A stretch of 64,000 nucleotides of DNA from Octopus sinensis. Lineage: Eukaryota. Each line of letters begins with the position of its first letter. The stretch's first letter is position 1. The notes beneath the pieces were generated by a model. The model worked only from the letters and a program-made list of their open reading frames with translations, was not told where the DNA came from and searched no databases. The position numbers and the translations under genes are program-made. Shown here piece by piece: positions 42,170 to 54,589 of the stretch. The stretch lies in assembly GCF_006345805.1 (NCBI RefSeq), contig NC_043006.1, forward strand, positions 19,220,001 through 19,284,000. The letters run 5' to 3'.

Positions 42170-42851
42170 ATGTATGTATATATATATATACATGTATATA
42201 TATATGTGTATTATATATGTATATATATATGTGTATATATATATGGTATATATGTTATATATATATGTGTCTATATATATGTAATATGTGATTATAGATG
42301 TGTATATATATATCTATATATATATTGTATATATATTGTATATATGTATGTATATATATATATGTATATATGTATTGTATGTATATATTATGTATATATG
42401 TATGTTGTATATATATATGTATATATATATGTATTATGTATATATATGTATATATATATGTATATTATATGTATGTATATATATATGTATATATATATGT
42501 ATATATATATGTATATATGTATATAATAGTATTATATATTATATATATGTATATATATATGTATATATATATATGTTATTATATGTATATAGTATTATAT
42601 ATGTATATATGTATATATATATGTATATATATATTATATATGTATATATACTTTGATACTTTGATAGGTTTCGCGGCCATTATTGGCCCAGGCTATGTCT
42701 AACTTAATAGCACCACCTGTTATATATATACATATATATGTATATATATGTATATATATGTATATATATGTATATGTATATATGTATATATATATATGTA
42801 TGTTGTATATATGTATGTATATATGTATGTAATATGTATGTATATATATAG

Positions 42852-42882
<31 letters not shown>

Positions 42883-42990
42883 GGATGTAATATATATGTA
42901 TGTATAATATTATGTATGTATATATATATGATGTATATATATATGTATGTATTTATATATATGTATGTGTATATATAATGTATATATATA
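42170..42990. repeat. (TA)/(TATG) array flanked by a ~70-bp direct duplication
   Basis: aacacaaacacctatgtgtatgcgcgcgcatc..ttttttgtggtgtata at 42097 and 43009 (period 912). Confidence 0.88.
42652..42719 (-). mobile_element. 68-bp 3' tip of the same CR1 family as 15.3-16.05 kb
   Basis: Minus strand caggtggtgctattaagttagacatagcctgggccaataatggcc matches 15976-16020; tail (aaagtatc)n. Confidence 0.85.
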
Positions 42991-43068
42991 TATAACATAT
43001 ATATATATAACACAAACACCTATGTGTATGCGCGCGCATCCTGTGTCTTTGTTTTTTGTGGTGTATAC

Positions 43069-43108
<40 letters not shown>

Positions 43109-43633
43109 TATATACACACATGTATGCATATCCCATGTTTATCTTTATGCATTGCGTAGCATGTGGAAATAGCAATATATATATGGATGAGCACTTTTGG
43201 TGATATTAGAAACTGCTGCGATTAAAATTACCCAATATATTTTGCTTAAAATTTTATTTATAACTTGTATAAGATAGCTAATTATAGCTTAAAACATTTC
43301 CCGAGACTAATTACTACGTTTGTTATTCTGTTGGAAGCGAGGAAATGAGTAGGTTGTTAAAATTACATCAGCTGAGAAAAAAAAAAGAACAGAACAGAAG
43401 ATGTATTAAAAAGTCATAGAAAAACTCATTTTGTTTTCGTCTGTTCATTTGTATATAATGACATTTGTTTCCGTCAGGAGACAATAAAACATGTTTTGTT
43501 CCTTGTGGACTAAAGAAACTGTCATTAAAGCTTTGCATCGTCGACCTTTTTAGATGCTGCAAAGTTCGATTGCTGTTGCATTAGATCGTTAACTGATATT
43601 GATTATTATATTTTTGCATATTCTCCCAAACAT

Positions 43634-43998
43634 AGGCGCAGGAGTGGCTGTGTGGTAAGTAGCTTGCTAACCAACCACACGGTTGCGGGTTCAGTCCCAC
43701 TGCGTGGCATCTTGGGCAAGTGTCTTCTGCTATAGCCCCGGGCCGACCAATGCCTTGTGAATGGATTTGGTAGACGGAAACTGAAAGAAGCCTGTCGTAT
43801 ATATGTATATATATGTATATGTGTGTGTGTTTGTGTGTCTGTGTTTGTCCCCCTAGCATTGCTTGACAACCGATGCTGGTGTGTTTAGGTCCCCGTAACT
43901 TAGCGGTTCGGCAAAAAGAGACCGATAGAATAAGTACTAAAAGGTGGTGCTCCAGCATGGCCTCAGTCAAATGACTGAAACAAGTAAAAGAGTAAAGA
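43634..43998 (+). mobile_element. SINE family B with small internal deletion
   Basis: aggcgcaggagtggctgtgtggtaag...aaagagtaaagag. Confidence 0.9.
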
Positions 43999-44051
43999 GA
44001 ATAAGTTCAGCTGTATTATATAGAGGCTAAATAAAACCTCTGCGCGTGTAT

Positions 44052-44087
<36 letters not shown>

Positions 44088-44104
44088 ACATATATTCATT
44101 TATT

Positions 44105-44878
44105 GACTACAAGGGGCTAAACATAAAGGGGACAAACAAGGACAGACAAAGGGATTAAGCCGATTACATCAATCCCAGTGCGTAACCGGTACTTAATTTC
44201 TCGACCCCGAAAGGATGGAAGGCAAAGTCAACCTCAGCAGAATTTGAACTCACAACGTAACGGCAGACGAAATACCTGTTTCTTTATTACCCACAAGAGG
44301 CTAAACATAGAGGGGACAAACAAGGACAGACAAAGGGATTAAGCGGATTACATCAATCCCAGTGCGTAACCGGTACTTAATTTATCGACCCCGAAAGGAT
44401 GAAAGGCAAAGTCAACCTCGGCAGAATTTGAAATCACAACGTAACGGCAGACGAAATACCTATTTCTTTATTACCCACAAGGGGCTAAACATAGAGGGGA
44501 CAAACAAGGACAGACAAAGGGATTAAGCCGATTACATCAATCCCAGTGCGTAACCGGTACTTAATTTATCGACCCCGAAAGGATGAAAGGCAAAGTCAAC
44601 CTCGGCAGAATTTGAACTCACAACGTAACGGCAGACGAAATCCCTATTTCTTTATTACCCACAAGGGGCTAAACATTGAGGGGACAAACAAGGACAGACA
44701 AAGGGATTAAGCCGATTACATCAAGCCCAGTGCGTAACCGGAACTTAATTTATCGACCCCGAAAGGATGAAAGGCAATGTCAACCTCGGCAGAATTTGAA
44801 CTCAGAACGTAATGGCAGACGAAATACCGCTAAGCATTTCGTCCGGCGTACTAACGTTTCTGCCAGCTCGCCGCTTTA
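44105..44878 (-). mobile_element. SINE family E with four tandem 184-bp internal units
   Basis: ggcagacgaaat marker at 44262, 44446, 44630 and 44814 (exact 184 period); single head gcggcgagctggcagaaacgttagtacgcc at 44878. Confidence 0.93.
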
Positions 44879-44929
44879 ACACATATATTATATATGATGT
44901 CTTAGACGACTCAGGTGTATATATGTATA

Positions 44930-45147
44930 CATGATTGGCCAAAAGTCACCTGGGAGTAAACCCACACAATGTAATTCCAAGATTTCTTTATGCTTAACAA
45001 CTGAATAAATTTAATAAAAGCATCTAAATATGAAACGTCATGAGATTTGTTCTTCAGCGACACATTTTTCCATTCGAGTCAATACAGAATTATAGATAGT
45101 ATTTATGGAATTCTGATTTACTATCTGGTGACTTTTAGGCAACCCTG
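44930..45147. mobile_element. Tc1/mariner-type MITE (218 bp) with TA flanks
   Basis: TA|catgattggccaaaagtcacc ... ggtgacttttaggcaaccctg|TA; imperfect ~21-bp TIRs. Confidence 0.7.
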
Positions 45148-45489
45148 TATGTATGGGTATATATATATATATATATATATCAACTGAATGTAGCGTCCTA
45201 TACAGGACAGTGCTATTGTTTTTATCCCCAGGAAGACATCTACTCTGGCTGGCTAATGACACAGTCTGTCTCCGATTAATATTTGCGAGAGAGGTCACCG
45301 TTCCCATCTCTAGCCTTATGTGATACACACGGACTCGAGTTTCTTGTTGGTTACCCGTCCTCATATATATATATAATGTCATCTCACGTCATTAGAAGAT
45401 GCATTTCTGGAATTTCTTGCTGAACAACCATACTGATGATTTGTCTATAATGAACAAATGTTTGTGTTCACATAAGCTCATGTCCCTTG

Positions 45490-45650
45490 TATTTGAATAC
45501 TATGCAATATTCTTTTAAAAACTTTTTCATTTTTCCAAAATTTAATTGTTTTCCATACTTACAATTGAAAAAGTCTCAATGACTGAAACCGCTACTGAAA
45601 TATTTTTTATAAAATTATTTTAACATTTTCTACATAGACTTTTTCTTCCA
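45490..45650 (+). mobile_element. pLTR end homologous to 8.4-8.56 kb, with degenerate hammerhead (45562-45597)
   Basis: caa-ttgaaaa-AGTC tcaat GACT-GAAA-ccgc-TA-ctg; the flanks align with 8400-8540. Confidence 0.6.
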
Positions 45651-45731
45651 TATATATATATATATATATATATAACGGGAAGCTTTATGAAAATAAACAA
45701 AAGACGAAGGCAGGTGGAATACAAACAAACA

Positions 45732-45780
<49 letters not shown>

Positions 45781-46015
45781 TATATATATATCAGAGAGAG
45801 AAAGGCATATCAAATACCATGCAACTTGAATTCTTGATTTATTAGAATTATTCTCCACATCTGGAATGATTATCATAATTACGAAATGGCAATTAAGAAT
45901 AGCTCCACTTGAGAAGGGGAGGTGATTTCGAGATTTCTTTAAAATTGATAAGTATTTAAAGAACAGTAATAGTGTATTGACTGAAGACAAGAGAACAGTT
46001 GTAGTCGCGAGTTTC

Positions 46016-46052
46016 TTGCTGAAGAGCCGTAATCGGCACGACAGTTGTACAA
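46016..46052 (+). ncRNA. Hammerhead-like motif (intact CUGAAGA, mutated GAAA)
   Basis: ttg-CTGAAGA-GCCG taat CGGC-acga-cagttg-TA-caa. Confidence 0.5.
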
Positions 46053-46230
46053 CCTGTAGCAAGGGTCATATATTTATACAAAAAAGAATAGAAAAGTAGA
46101 TAATTTGCATAAATTAAACATAAATGAAGAGATAAAACTCAGTGGCATATGTGTGCGTGCGTATGGCCGTACACAGTGATAAAGTTGAAGAGAGAGAGAG
46201 AGAGAGAGAAACATACATGCTCCTATCCAT

Positions 46231-46281
<51 letters not shown>

Positions 46282-46679
46282 CGTGTGTGTGTAAATATGT
46301 ATATGATTTCGGGTCACTACAGCTGCGTAACCACACACGGGCTTTCGGCGAACTGACGAAGTGCCATGTGCTAAAAGTGACACACCTTTTTCCCCAACTT
46401 AAATTGAGCGTCAAAATAATACATTCACTGTATACCTCCTTTTGACCTTTTTTATTTGCGCGCGCGTGTGTGTGTGTGTGTGTGTGTAAGAGAGGGAGAG
46501 AGAGAGATTTCATTGTAAAATTTCAATATGAAGGTTTACTCAACTGTTTGAATAAGCTGTTAGACTAAAACCTTATATCCCAGTCAACACCAATTGTGAA
46601 TGCGGCTATTCTCACTATCAGATAGCCCAAACCGTAAATGTTCCGTCGTTATTCTTCAAGTTTTTTTTTATCAAAAAGC

Positions 46680-47060
46680 AAGCCCTCTTTCCCTCTGCCA
46701 GTGAGACATGGAAGAACACCGGAACAAAAATCTACAATGCTACATGTGTTCCACTAAACCTGCTTGAGAAGGACTACATAAATAATGAAGGTATTCTAAA
46801 CCGAGACAACACAAATGAAATCATCAGAGAACGCAGATTAAAAATAGCAGATCACAGAATTCGACTGCCAGAAGAATCCATTGATTAAACAGCTTTCAAA
46901 TGGCCCCCACCGGAGGAAAAAAAATCAAAATGAGGAAAAGACCGGGATCTACATGTCACAGAGCATTCATAATTGGTATGAAAGGGGCCAATATCGCCAG
47001 GACGGATGCAGAGAAAACACAGCCAAGATAAACCAGTGGCATTAACTTACTACTTTATGT
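46680..47060 (+). mobile_element. RTE-type LINE RT 3' fragment (decayed)
   Basis: LF..ASETW..T..FH..CLRR..IIRERRL..HRIRLPE..AFKW.P. Confidence 0.6.
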
Positions 47061-47097
47061 GCTTGAAAACACGTGCGGAATATATATATATATATAT

Positions 47098-47480
47098 GGA
47101 AGCACTCCGTCGGTTACGACGATGAGGGTTCCGGTTGATCCGAATCAACGGAACAGCCTGCTCGTGAAATTAACGTGTAAGTGGCTGAGCACTCCACAGA
47201 CACGTGCACCCTTAACGTAGTTCTCGGGGATATTCAGCGTGACGCAGAGAGTGACAAGGTCGGCCCTTTGAAGTACAGGTACAACAGAAACAGGAAGTAA
47301 GAGTGAGAGAAATTTGTGGTGAAAGAGTACAGCAGGGATCACCACCTTCCCCTGCCGGAGACTCGTGGAGCTTTTAGGTGTTTTCGCTCAATAAACACTC
47401 ACAACGCCCGGTCTGGGAATCTAAACCGCGATCCTATGACCACGAGTCCGCTGCCCTAACCACTGGGCCATTGCGCCTCC

Positions 47481-47482
<2 letters not shown>
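47098..47482 (-). mobile_element. SINE family A, full length, inserted in (TA)n
   Basis: Near identical to 30781-31167; TA repeats on both sides. Confidence 0.93.
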
Positions 47483-47517
<35 letters not shown>

Positions 47518-47553
47518 ATATATATTATATATATATATAATATATATATATAT

Positions 47554-47585
<32 letters not shown>

Positions 47586-48659
47586 CGTGTGTGTGTGCGT
47601 AATCTTACAAGATTATACTGTCTTGTTTTAGATCAAAGTTAGAATTTATTCTTAAATCTTGTAACACAGATTTAGCGTTAGCAGTTACTAAGTATAATTG
47701 ATTATAGACTTAATATAAACTTGTATTATCTCAACGTGGTCTTAGCAGAATACTGTTTGCACTGTTTCTCACTGGAGTTGGGAAAATATCAGAGTAAGTT
47801 ACAATAATAGATTGGTTCAGATGCTTATATTTTTCTTCTTTGAATAGTCGCTTTCCTCTATTCTTAACCATAAATCAATGGTATCTAATCTGATATCTGC
47901 TGATTTGGCGAATAAAGTTGAACAACTAACGAATATGCTTTGCAATAATTATTTCAGTCCTTCTAAATTCTACTTTTAATTCTCTCTGAGATAAAATTTG
48001 TCTTTCATTTCTGCGATGTACAAAAAGAAAAGAACAAAAATCAGTTTTACATGGAAGTAAATTTTATTGTCTAAATATTTACCTCAAATTGATGAACTGG
48101 AAATATATCTAGAGTGTCAGTTAGATTGCCAAGCGGTATACATTCTGGCTCTTTACGCTCCGAGTTTAAAAAATCCTGGGGTCTACTTTATCAGCCGTCC
48201 ATTTGGGGGCGATAAATAAAGCACGAATCTTGTAATGGGTCGATTCGTCAACCTCCTTCCTTTATTCTCTGCTTGTATCCAACTATTTCTGGAAGGAAAA
48301 GTCTGTGGCCAGAAGTATAGCAAAGTAGGCTTCCTCAGGTTCAAAATTTCTGATGACATGCACCTCAGTCAGGATTTGAGGTGGCAAGGTAAGAAAATTT
48401 ACCCTTACAGAAATTGGATTAGGCCAATTGATATCAGAGGCTTTCACTTGCGTTAGTACAAACCATGTGACAAGAATGAACGATTCCACATCACTATTTG
48501 AATTGAAGTATAACGCCTCAACTCATATGTTATAAATGGAGTATGTCCTTGCTTTATGTGACATGTTCTGACAAAATTGGTCATCTATGCCCCTTCCCTC
48601 AAAACGTTGACCTTGTACTTCAGTAAAATACTGGTATTGTGCCAAGCTAAATGTTAATA

Positions 48660-49435
48660 TTATGTCTAGCAGCATTTCGTCCATATTTACGTTCTGATTT
48701 CAAATTCCGCCGAATTCGATTATGCCTCTGATCTTTTAGGGTCGATAAAATAAGTACCAGTTAAACAAGTGGGGTTGATATAATCAATTTATCTACTCCC
48801 CCGAACCTCCTGGCCTTGTGCGAAAATCTGAAACCGATATAATTCGTGGCTACTGGTCGATCATTTACCTAGATAACCTTGTTAGTGTGCCTTACCGAAT
48901 GTTGGCTCTTCGATTAGTAAAGAGAAATTAGTTTTATTTCATGTTTAGAGTTGTGCAAAATCAATTAAATGATTCTTCAGTTACTAATGACAAATTAACA
49001 AGTATTGGAGTCCTAATTTCTCAGTTCTTACTCCAATTACAAATTATTTCTAACATATTTCTTTGAGTATCAAACTATCAGTATTGTTATTGCATAGCAA
49101 AAGAATAGAATGTAACAGTACATAGGCTGGTGTCTCGCTACACTGATTCCCGATTTCACCGGGATTAGATTTGGGTATCTTATCACAAATGCAATGTAAT
49201 AGGACGAGCAGTAATATACATTACTCGTCAAGGCGGTGAGTTGCCAGAATCGTTACCGAATTAGGCAAAATTCTTAGTAGCATTTCGTACTTCTTTACGT
49301 TGTGAGTTCAAATTCCGTCGTAGTTAGACTTTGCCTTTTGTCCATACGGTGTCAATAAAATAATTACCAGTTGAGAACTGGTACTATCTCCTCCAAAATT
49401 GATGGGGCCTTGTACCAAAATTTGAAACCAATATG
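48660..49435 (+). mobile_element. Two degenerate SINE E copies (48660-48840, 49230-49435)
   Basis: ttacgttctgatttcaaattccgccg..gtcgataaaataagtaccag; ggcggtgagttgccagaatcgtta..ggccttgtaccaaaatttgaaacc. Confidence 0.75.
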
Positions 49436-50180
49436 TGTACTGCACGTTGAAGCAATAGGCTATTGATCTTCAATTTACGAACAAAGATCGCCATTTTGAA
49501 ATAGCTCTCCAGCAAAGCAAATTATGAATCGTGCACAAGAGACCTTTTCCATGGGGAAAATATAATTACCAGTTTTATTTAATCAACTCTCAGGAATTGT
49601 ATTACCTTTTCCAGCCAGCTGTTCTTTCCGTAAAGGTGTAGATAACAATTGATTGAAATTTGAACCAAGACTCGGACGCAGTTACGTGTTGGGTATCTAG
49701 CCTCCCCAGAAATGAGCCCGAAAGGATTTATCCAAGAAATTCTGAACGTAAGTGGCGTATGCCAACATCACACCCTTTATAACTTAGCACAAGCTCCAGC
49801 TCTTTTCTAACTGTATTGGAAGCTTCTCGTTTTTTTTGTTCCTGTGAACGGAAATCATTCCTCTGACCAAATGGTCCATTTGCTGCCAACATACACAGCA
49901 AATCAAGCTTAGTATTGATGATGAGTAGATCCATGCGAGGGCCGCACCCCACTCCATAAATTTCTAGGCGATCAACAGATGCAGCCTCTCTCTGTTCACA
50001 GCTCATCACTTTCATTGGACTACATTTTTATGAATTATATCTGGAATACTGTCAGACACTCATAACCCTACACCAAATAAATAAGTATCGTTGGAAATTC
50101 CGAGTTAACGTACGTAAATAACTCGATAGTGATTTTGTAATTTATAGCTCTATCTCTCTCACTCACCCTCTCTCTCTCTT

Positions 50181-50228
<48 letters not shown>

Positions 50229-51079
50229 ATATATATATAAAATATTAGAAAAAAAACGTTTTATCAATTCAAAATGAATAATTTAATTACACCATCTAGA
50301 AAATTCTATTATATGTAATTTTCTAGATCTATATATATATATGCACACATACATCTTCATTCGAATTATTACCTCACTTGGTGTAACACACGGACAAAAG
50401 AGACAGCAGGGTGCAAGAATAGGCAGAATAGTATTATAAATCCTGTTATAAGGTATCGATGTTGTAAACTGGTTTCATGATACTACCTATCGGCCCATAA
50501 TCCGTATTTTGGATTATGCAATATTTTTTTTTTTTTTGTTTGTTTTGCCCCTACTCTTTTTGAAATACTTTTATACCCTTGTTCATATGTTCATTGTATC
50601 GACGACTTTTACGATAACGCTTGCTAAGCCAACTTAAGTTTCTCTGCACTACATCCGTGCAAGATTAAGGTCTAGGTTTTCAAGGTTTACTTATTTTTCG
50701 TCAAAATTCGTTTATATTTGGTACCTAGAACGTTATTCTACTTTTGCTTTGCTTAACTCTACTTCGGTACAAATACACGACAATTTATTCTGCGACCTAA
50801 CAGATTTCTTAGCGTGGTATTTTAAAATTGTTTTCTTGATTTTGCTGTTGTTAATTCTAGTCCTACCGATGTCTATTGTCTGTCATTCCTTCAGAGCCAC
50901 TACAATATTATTACCGTTTTTTTTCTCTATTGAGGAAGTTGTGGTTGTGGTGGTGATGGTGGTGGTGGTGGTGGTGGTGGCGGCAGTAGCAGCAGGAACG
51001 ATAGTATTCATACTGCAGATAGGTCGTGTGTTATTTTACGACACTAAAAGCTGGCCATAAACAATGACAATGGGTTTTT

Positions 51080-51540
51080 AAGGTTATTTCATCAGCTCAA
51101 TTTTCGGAGTTGCTCCCTTAAGATTCTCAAGATCTTTTCAGATTCCCAGTTATGTGATTTCTGCAATGTTCTGTTGTAGTTTCAAGCCATATTTTCTTCT
51201 TGAATGCTTTTTATTTCTTTTTTGCATAACAGTAGAGTAACCACAACAACCAGCACTATTTCACTTTTCTTCCATAATTCCATGTGCCATACTCGTTTCT
51301 GCTAATCTTTCTCTTCGAGACTTGATATTTCTCAATCACTTTTATTTCCTTCCGTTTCATAGACTCTGAGATCACCTGGAAATACTACGTTAGCTATTGT
51401 GCATTATCTTTCCCGTGTGTTGACGCTAACATTGTCAAGTGTCATTACTACTATCATTTCCTCGAAACCGAATTTTGAATTCCCATAGCAATTTCACTTA
51501 CTCCTGTCATTCCACTACTTTACGTTGACGTTAGAAACAC
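51080..51540 (-). mobile_element. Highly decayed R4/Dong-type 3' fragment
   Basis: Minus strand KVVE..VKLLWEFKI..CTIANVVFPGDLRV..IEKYQ..LWKKSEIVLVVV. Confidence 0.5.
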
Positions 51541-53119
51541 CAATCAGCTCTCTTTAAATTATGTTTCACATAGTTATCAATGAACATTGTGTTCAGTATT
51601 ATGCCACTTTCTGAATTCTCTTTGTACCAGCTAACTGCACTTGCTGTTACCACCATTTCTACATTAAGGATGATAATGAGATTATCTAGAACTGTCATAA
51701 TTAGAATTTGATTAATAATATTCTAAGTCGTTAATCACTTGAACAGGAAGGTTAAATAACATGTATGGTATGTTCTAAGTGCTCGTTTTAATTCTGCATA
51801 GATTACAACTTCAGTTCTCACATTTGAGTCACACATTTCTCTTGCCCGTTGCTTATTTCTGACAGAAAAAGTCATACATTGTTTCCTACGATACTGCCTT
51901 AACTATTTCCCCGCTTCCGATTCTTTTATATTTATCTGTATCTATGCAATCAGCCATATATATTATACCAAAAGTCTTTTATTCTAATCAGCAACAATTC
52001 TGAACTACACATCATCCCAGATGAATATCATCGTTTCTTACAAATTCTTCTCATCTTACTAAAATTCTCTCGTTTTCTATAATAAAAACCCATAAATCTT
52101 ATAAAATACAACCCAGTGCTTTCTGATCGAAATAATTATTTCGGCGTTTCTCAAGCTGATAACAAGACCGTCTGTCAGTTGTCTTTTGAGCAGATAACGT
52201 TTAAACAAGAGATGCTGATAAAAAAGCAGGTAAGAAGAAAAATACAAGGAATAAAGTCAACGTTACAACAACTTGATGTCAAGCAGGCGTAAACACGAGT
52301 AGAGTATTTTGTCAGAACATGTCACATAAAGCAAGGACATACACCATTTATAACATATGAGTTGAGGCGTTATACTGCAATTCAAATAGTGATGTGGAAT
52401 CGTTCATTCTTGTCACATGGTTTGTACTAACGCAAGTGAAAGCCTCTGATATCAATTAGCCTAATCCAATTTCTGTAAGGGTAAATTTTCTTACCTTGTC
52501 ACCTCAAATCCTGACTGAGGTGCATGTCATCAGAAATTTTGAACCTGAGGAAGCCTACTTTGCTATACTTCTGGCCACAGCCTATTCCTTCCAGAAATAG
52601 TTGGATACAAGCAGAGAATAAAGGAAGGAGGGTGAAGAATCCACCCATTAAACTAAGTGTTTAGCGGTCTATTTTTAAATCCCGACACAATGTATTTCTT
52701 GAAATACGATCATACGGAAAAATGCGTTCAGTATTGTCATGTCACCTTCTGTATTCTCTTTGTGCCAGGTTACTGCATTTGCTGCTTCTACCATGTCTAC
52801 AACAAATTCTATATGAGGGTGATAATTAGTCTATCAAGAACTGTCATTATAAGAAGTTGATTGAGGGCATTCTCTCTTAATGTTAGGACAAATGTAGATA
52901 GAAGATACTTGCACTTAGTAGATATAACCTTCCCTAGAACCCATAAATGCAACAGCATCTTTAACAGACACGATTAAATTACCTTTCCTTGTCCCCCTAA
53001 TGTTAAGTCATATACCAGTAAGCAACAGACGACTCAATGTTCTCTAGGGCGCAAGTGTGTTTTATTTATCTTCTGTTTATGAAGCATAGGTTTAGCAGAC
53101 TACGACAATGATCGTACAT

Positions 53120-53430
53120 TAATCAAACGTTATATAGGAAGCCTGAAATCTATTTATAACAACCATCTTTAGAATTTTATGCACCGTGATAAGAGATATT
53201 CATTGACACTTTCGGCTTTACTCTGGAAACTTAAAGACGAAGGGACCACTTTCGATATCAAATGGAAAATTCCATCCAAAACCAAACCCTATATTCACAG
53301 GTTCAGAAAATGATCAGTATATTCTCTTGAAAAGACTTCAGAACCTCCAATAAATACATAAATTCCAGGAACGAAACATTTCCTGTATGTCTGCATTTCA
53401 CGAAATACATCTTGTCAGAATTTTAAAATA
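53120..53430 (+). mobile_element. Hydra-clade-like PLE endonuclease C-terminal fragment
   Basis: YNNH..F.H.DKRYSLTLS.LLWKLKDEG..FDIKWKI..KPY..RK*SVYSLEK..NSRNE..C.H. Confidence 0.55.
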
Positions 53431-53457
53431 GGCCACTATATAATTAGTAAACCATTA

Positions 53458-54083
53458 GCATGCAATCCCCCGACTGTCGCGGGTGTTACATTCCCCGTGA
53501 TAGGTGAAAATCCGCAAAGTAGAAACAGTACTCTCTTTACTCTTTTTACTCTTTTACTTGTTTCAGTCATTTGACTGCGGCCATGCTGGAGCACCGCCTT
53601 TAGTCGATCAAATCGACCCCGGAACTTATTCTTTGTAAGCCCAGTACTTATTCTATCGGTCTCTTTTGCCGAACCGCTAAGTGGCGGGGACGTAAACACA
53701 CCAGCATCGGTTGTCAAGCAATGCTAGGGGAACAAACACAGACACACAAACACACACACACATCTATATATATACATATATACGACAGGCTTCTTTCAGT
53801 TTCCGTCTACCAAATCCACTCACAAGGCATTGGTCGGCCCGGGGCTATAGCAGAAGACACTTGCTCAAGATGCCACGCAGTGGGACTGAACCCGCAACCA
53901 TGTGGTTGGTTAGCAAGCTACTTACCACACAGCCACTCCTGCGCCTATGTATATGTTTTTACAATTTTTTTAATTTGTATATATTTATTTTATTATAAAT
54001 ACAAAACAACGCTTCGTAGCAATCGACTTAAGTTTAAATAATAAACCGCGATAGGTGAACCACGATATGGCGAGGGATCACTG
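53458..54083. mobile_element. Tigger/pogo-type MITE interrupted by SINE B (53530-53945, minus)
   Basis: Left caatcccccgactgtcgcgggtgttacattcc..gataggtgaaaatccg; right ccgcgataggtgaaccacgatatggcgagggatcactg|TA. Confidence 0.65.
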
Positions 54084-54206
54084 TACACCTGTAACGTTGA
54101 TCATCTCCCTTCTGTTTTCTGTCTTATCGCTTTCCTTATCAGCGCCTCGTTTGAACGTCATCTGCTCAAAGACCATCACAATTTGTGGTAACTTTATTTT
54201 TTCATG

Positions 54207-54589
54207 GTGGAGGCGCAATGGCCCAGTGGTTAGGGCAGCGGACTCGCGGTCATAGGATCGCGGTTTCGATTCCCAGACCGGGCGTTGTGAGTGTTTATTG
54301 AGCGAAAACACCTAAAGCTCCACGAGGCTCCGGCAGGGATGGTGGTGATCCCTGCTGTACTCTTTCACCACAAATTTCTCTCACTCTTACTTCCTGTTTC
54401 TGTTGTACTTGTATTTCAAAGGGCCGGCCTTGTCACTCTCTGTGTCACGCTGGATATCCCCGAGAACTACGTTAAGGGTACACGTGTCTGTGGAGTGCTC
54501 AGCCACTTGCACGTTAATTTCACGAGCAGGCTGTTTCGTTGATTCGGATCAACCGGAACCCTCGTCGTCGTAACCGACGGAGTGCTTCC
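54207..54589 (+). mobile_element. SINE family A, full length, 11-bp TSD
   Basis: TSD attttttcatg at 54196-54206 and 54590-54600. Confidence 0.94.

Larger units (their letters stand above)
48233..52650. repeat. 345-bp inverted duplication: arms 48233-48577 and 52306-52650
   Basis: Reverse-complement match with about 9 substitutions (~97%), spacer ~3.7 kb. Confidence 0.95.

Noticed and set aside
44105-44878. CRISPR-like or satellite interpretation of the regular 184-bp array
   Set aside because: No unique spacers, eukaryotic context, and the units are SINE body sequence.
48339-48388. Possible 50-nt exon (cttcctcag|...gcaag|gtaaga) within the inverted-repeat arm
   Set aside because: No recognisable protein and no supporting exons; such splice words arise by chance.
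54207-54285. tRNA-like sequences (also 31090-31167, 36940-37014, 39070-39143, 47410-47482)
   Set aside because: They are SINE heads continuing into repeat bodies with TSDs, not tRNA genes.
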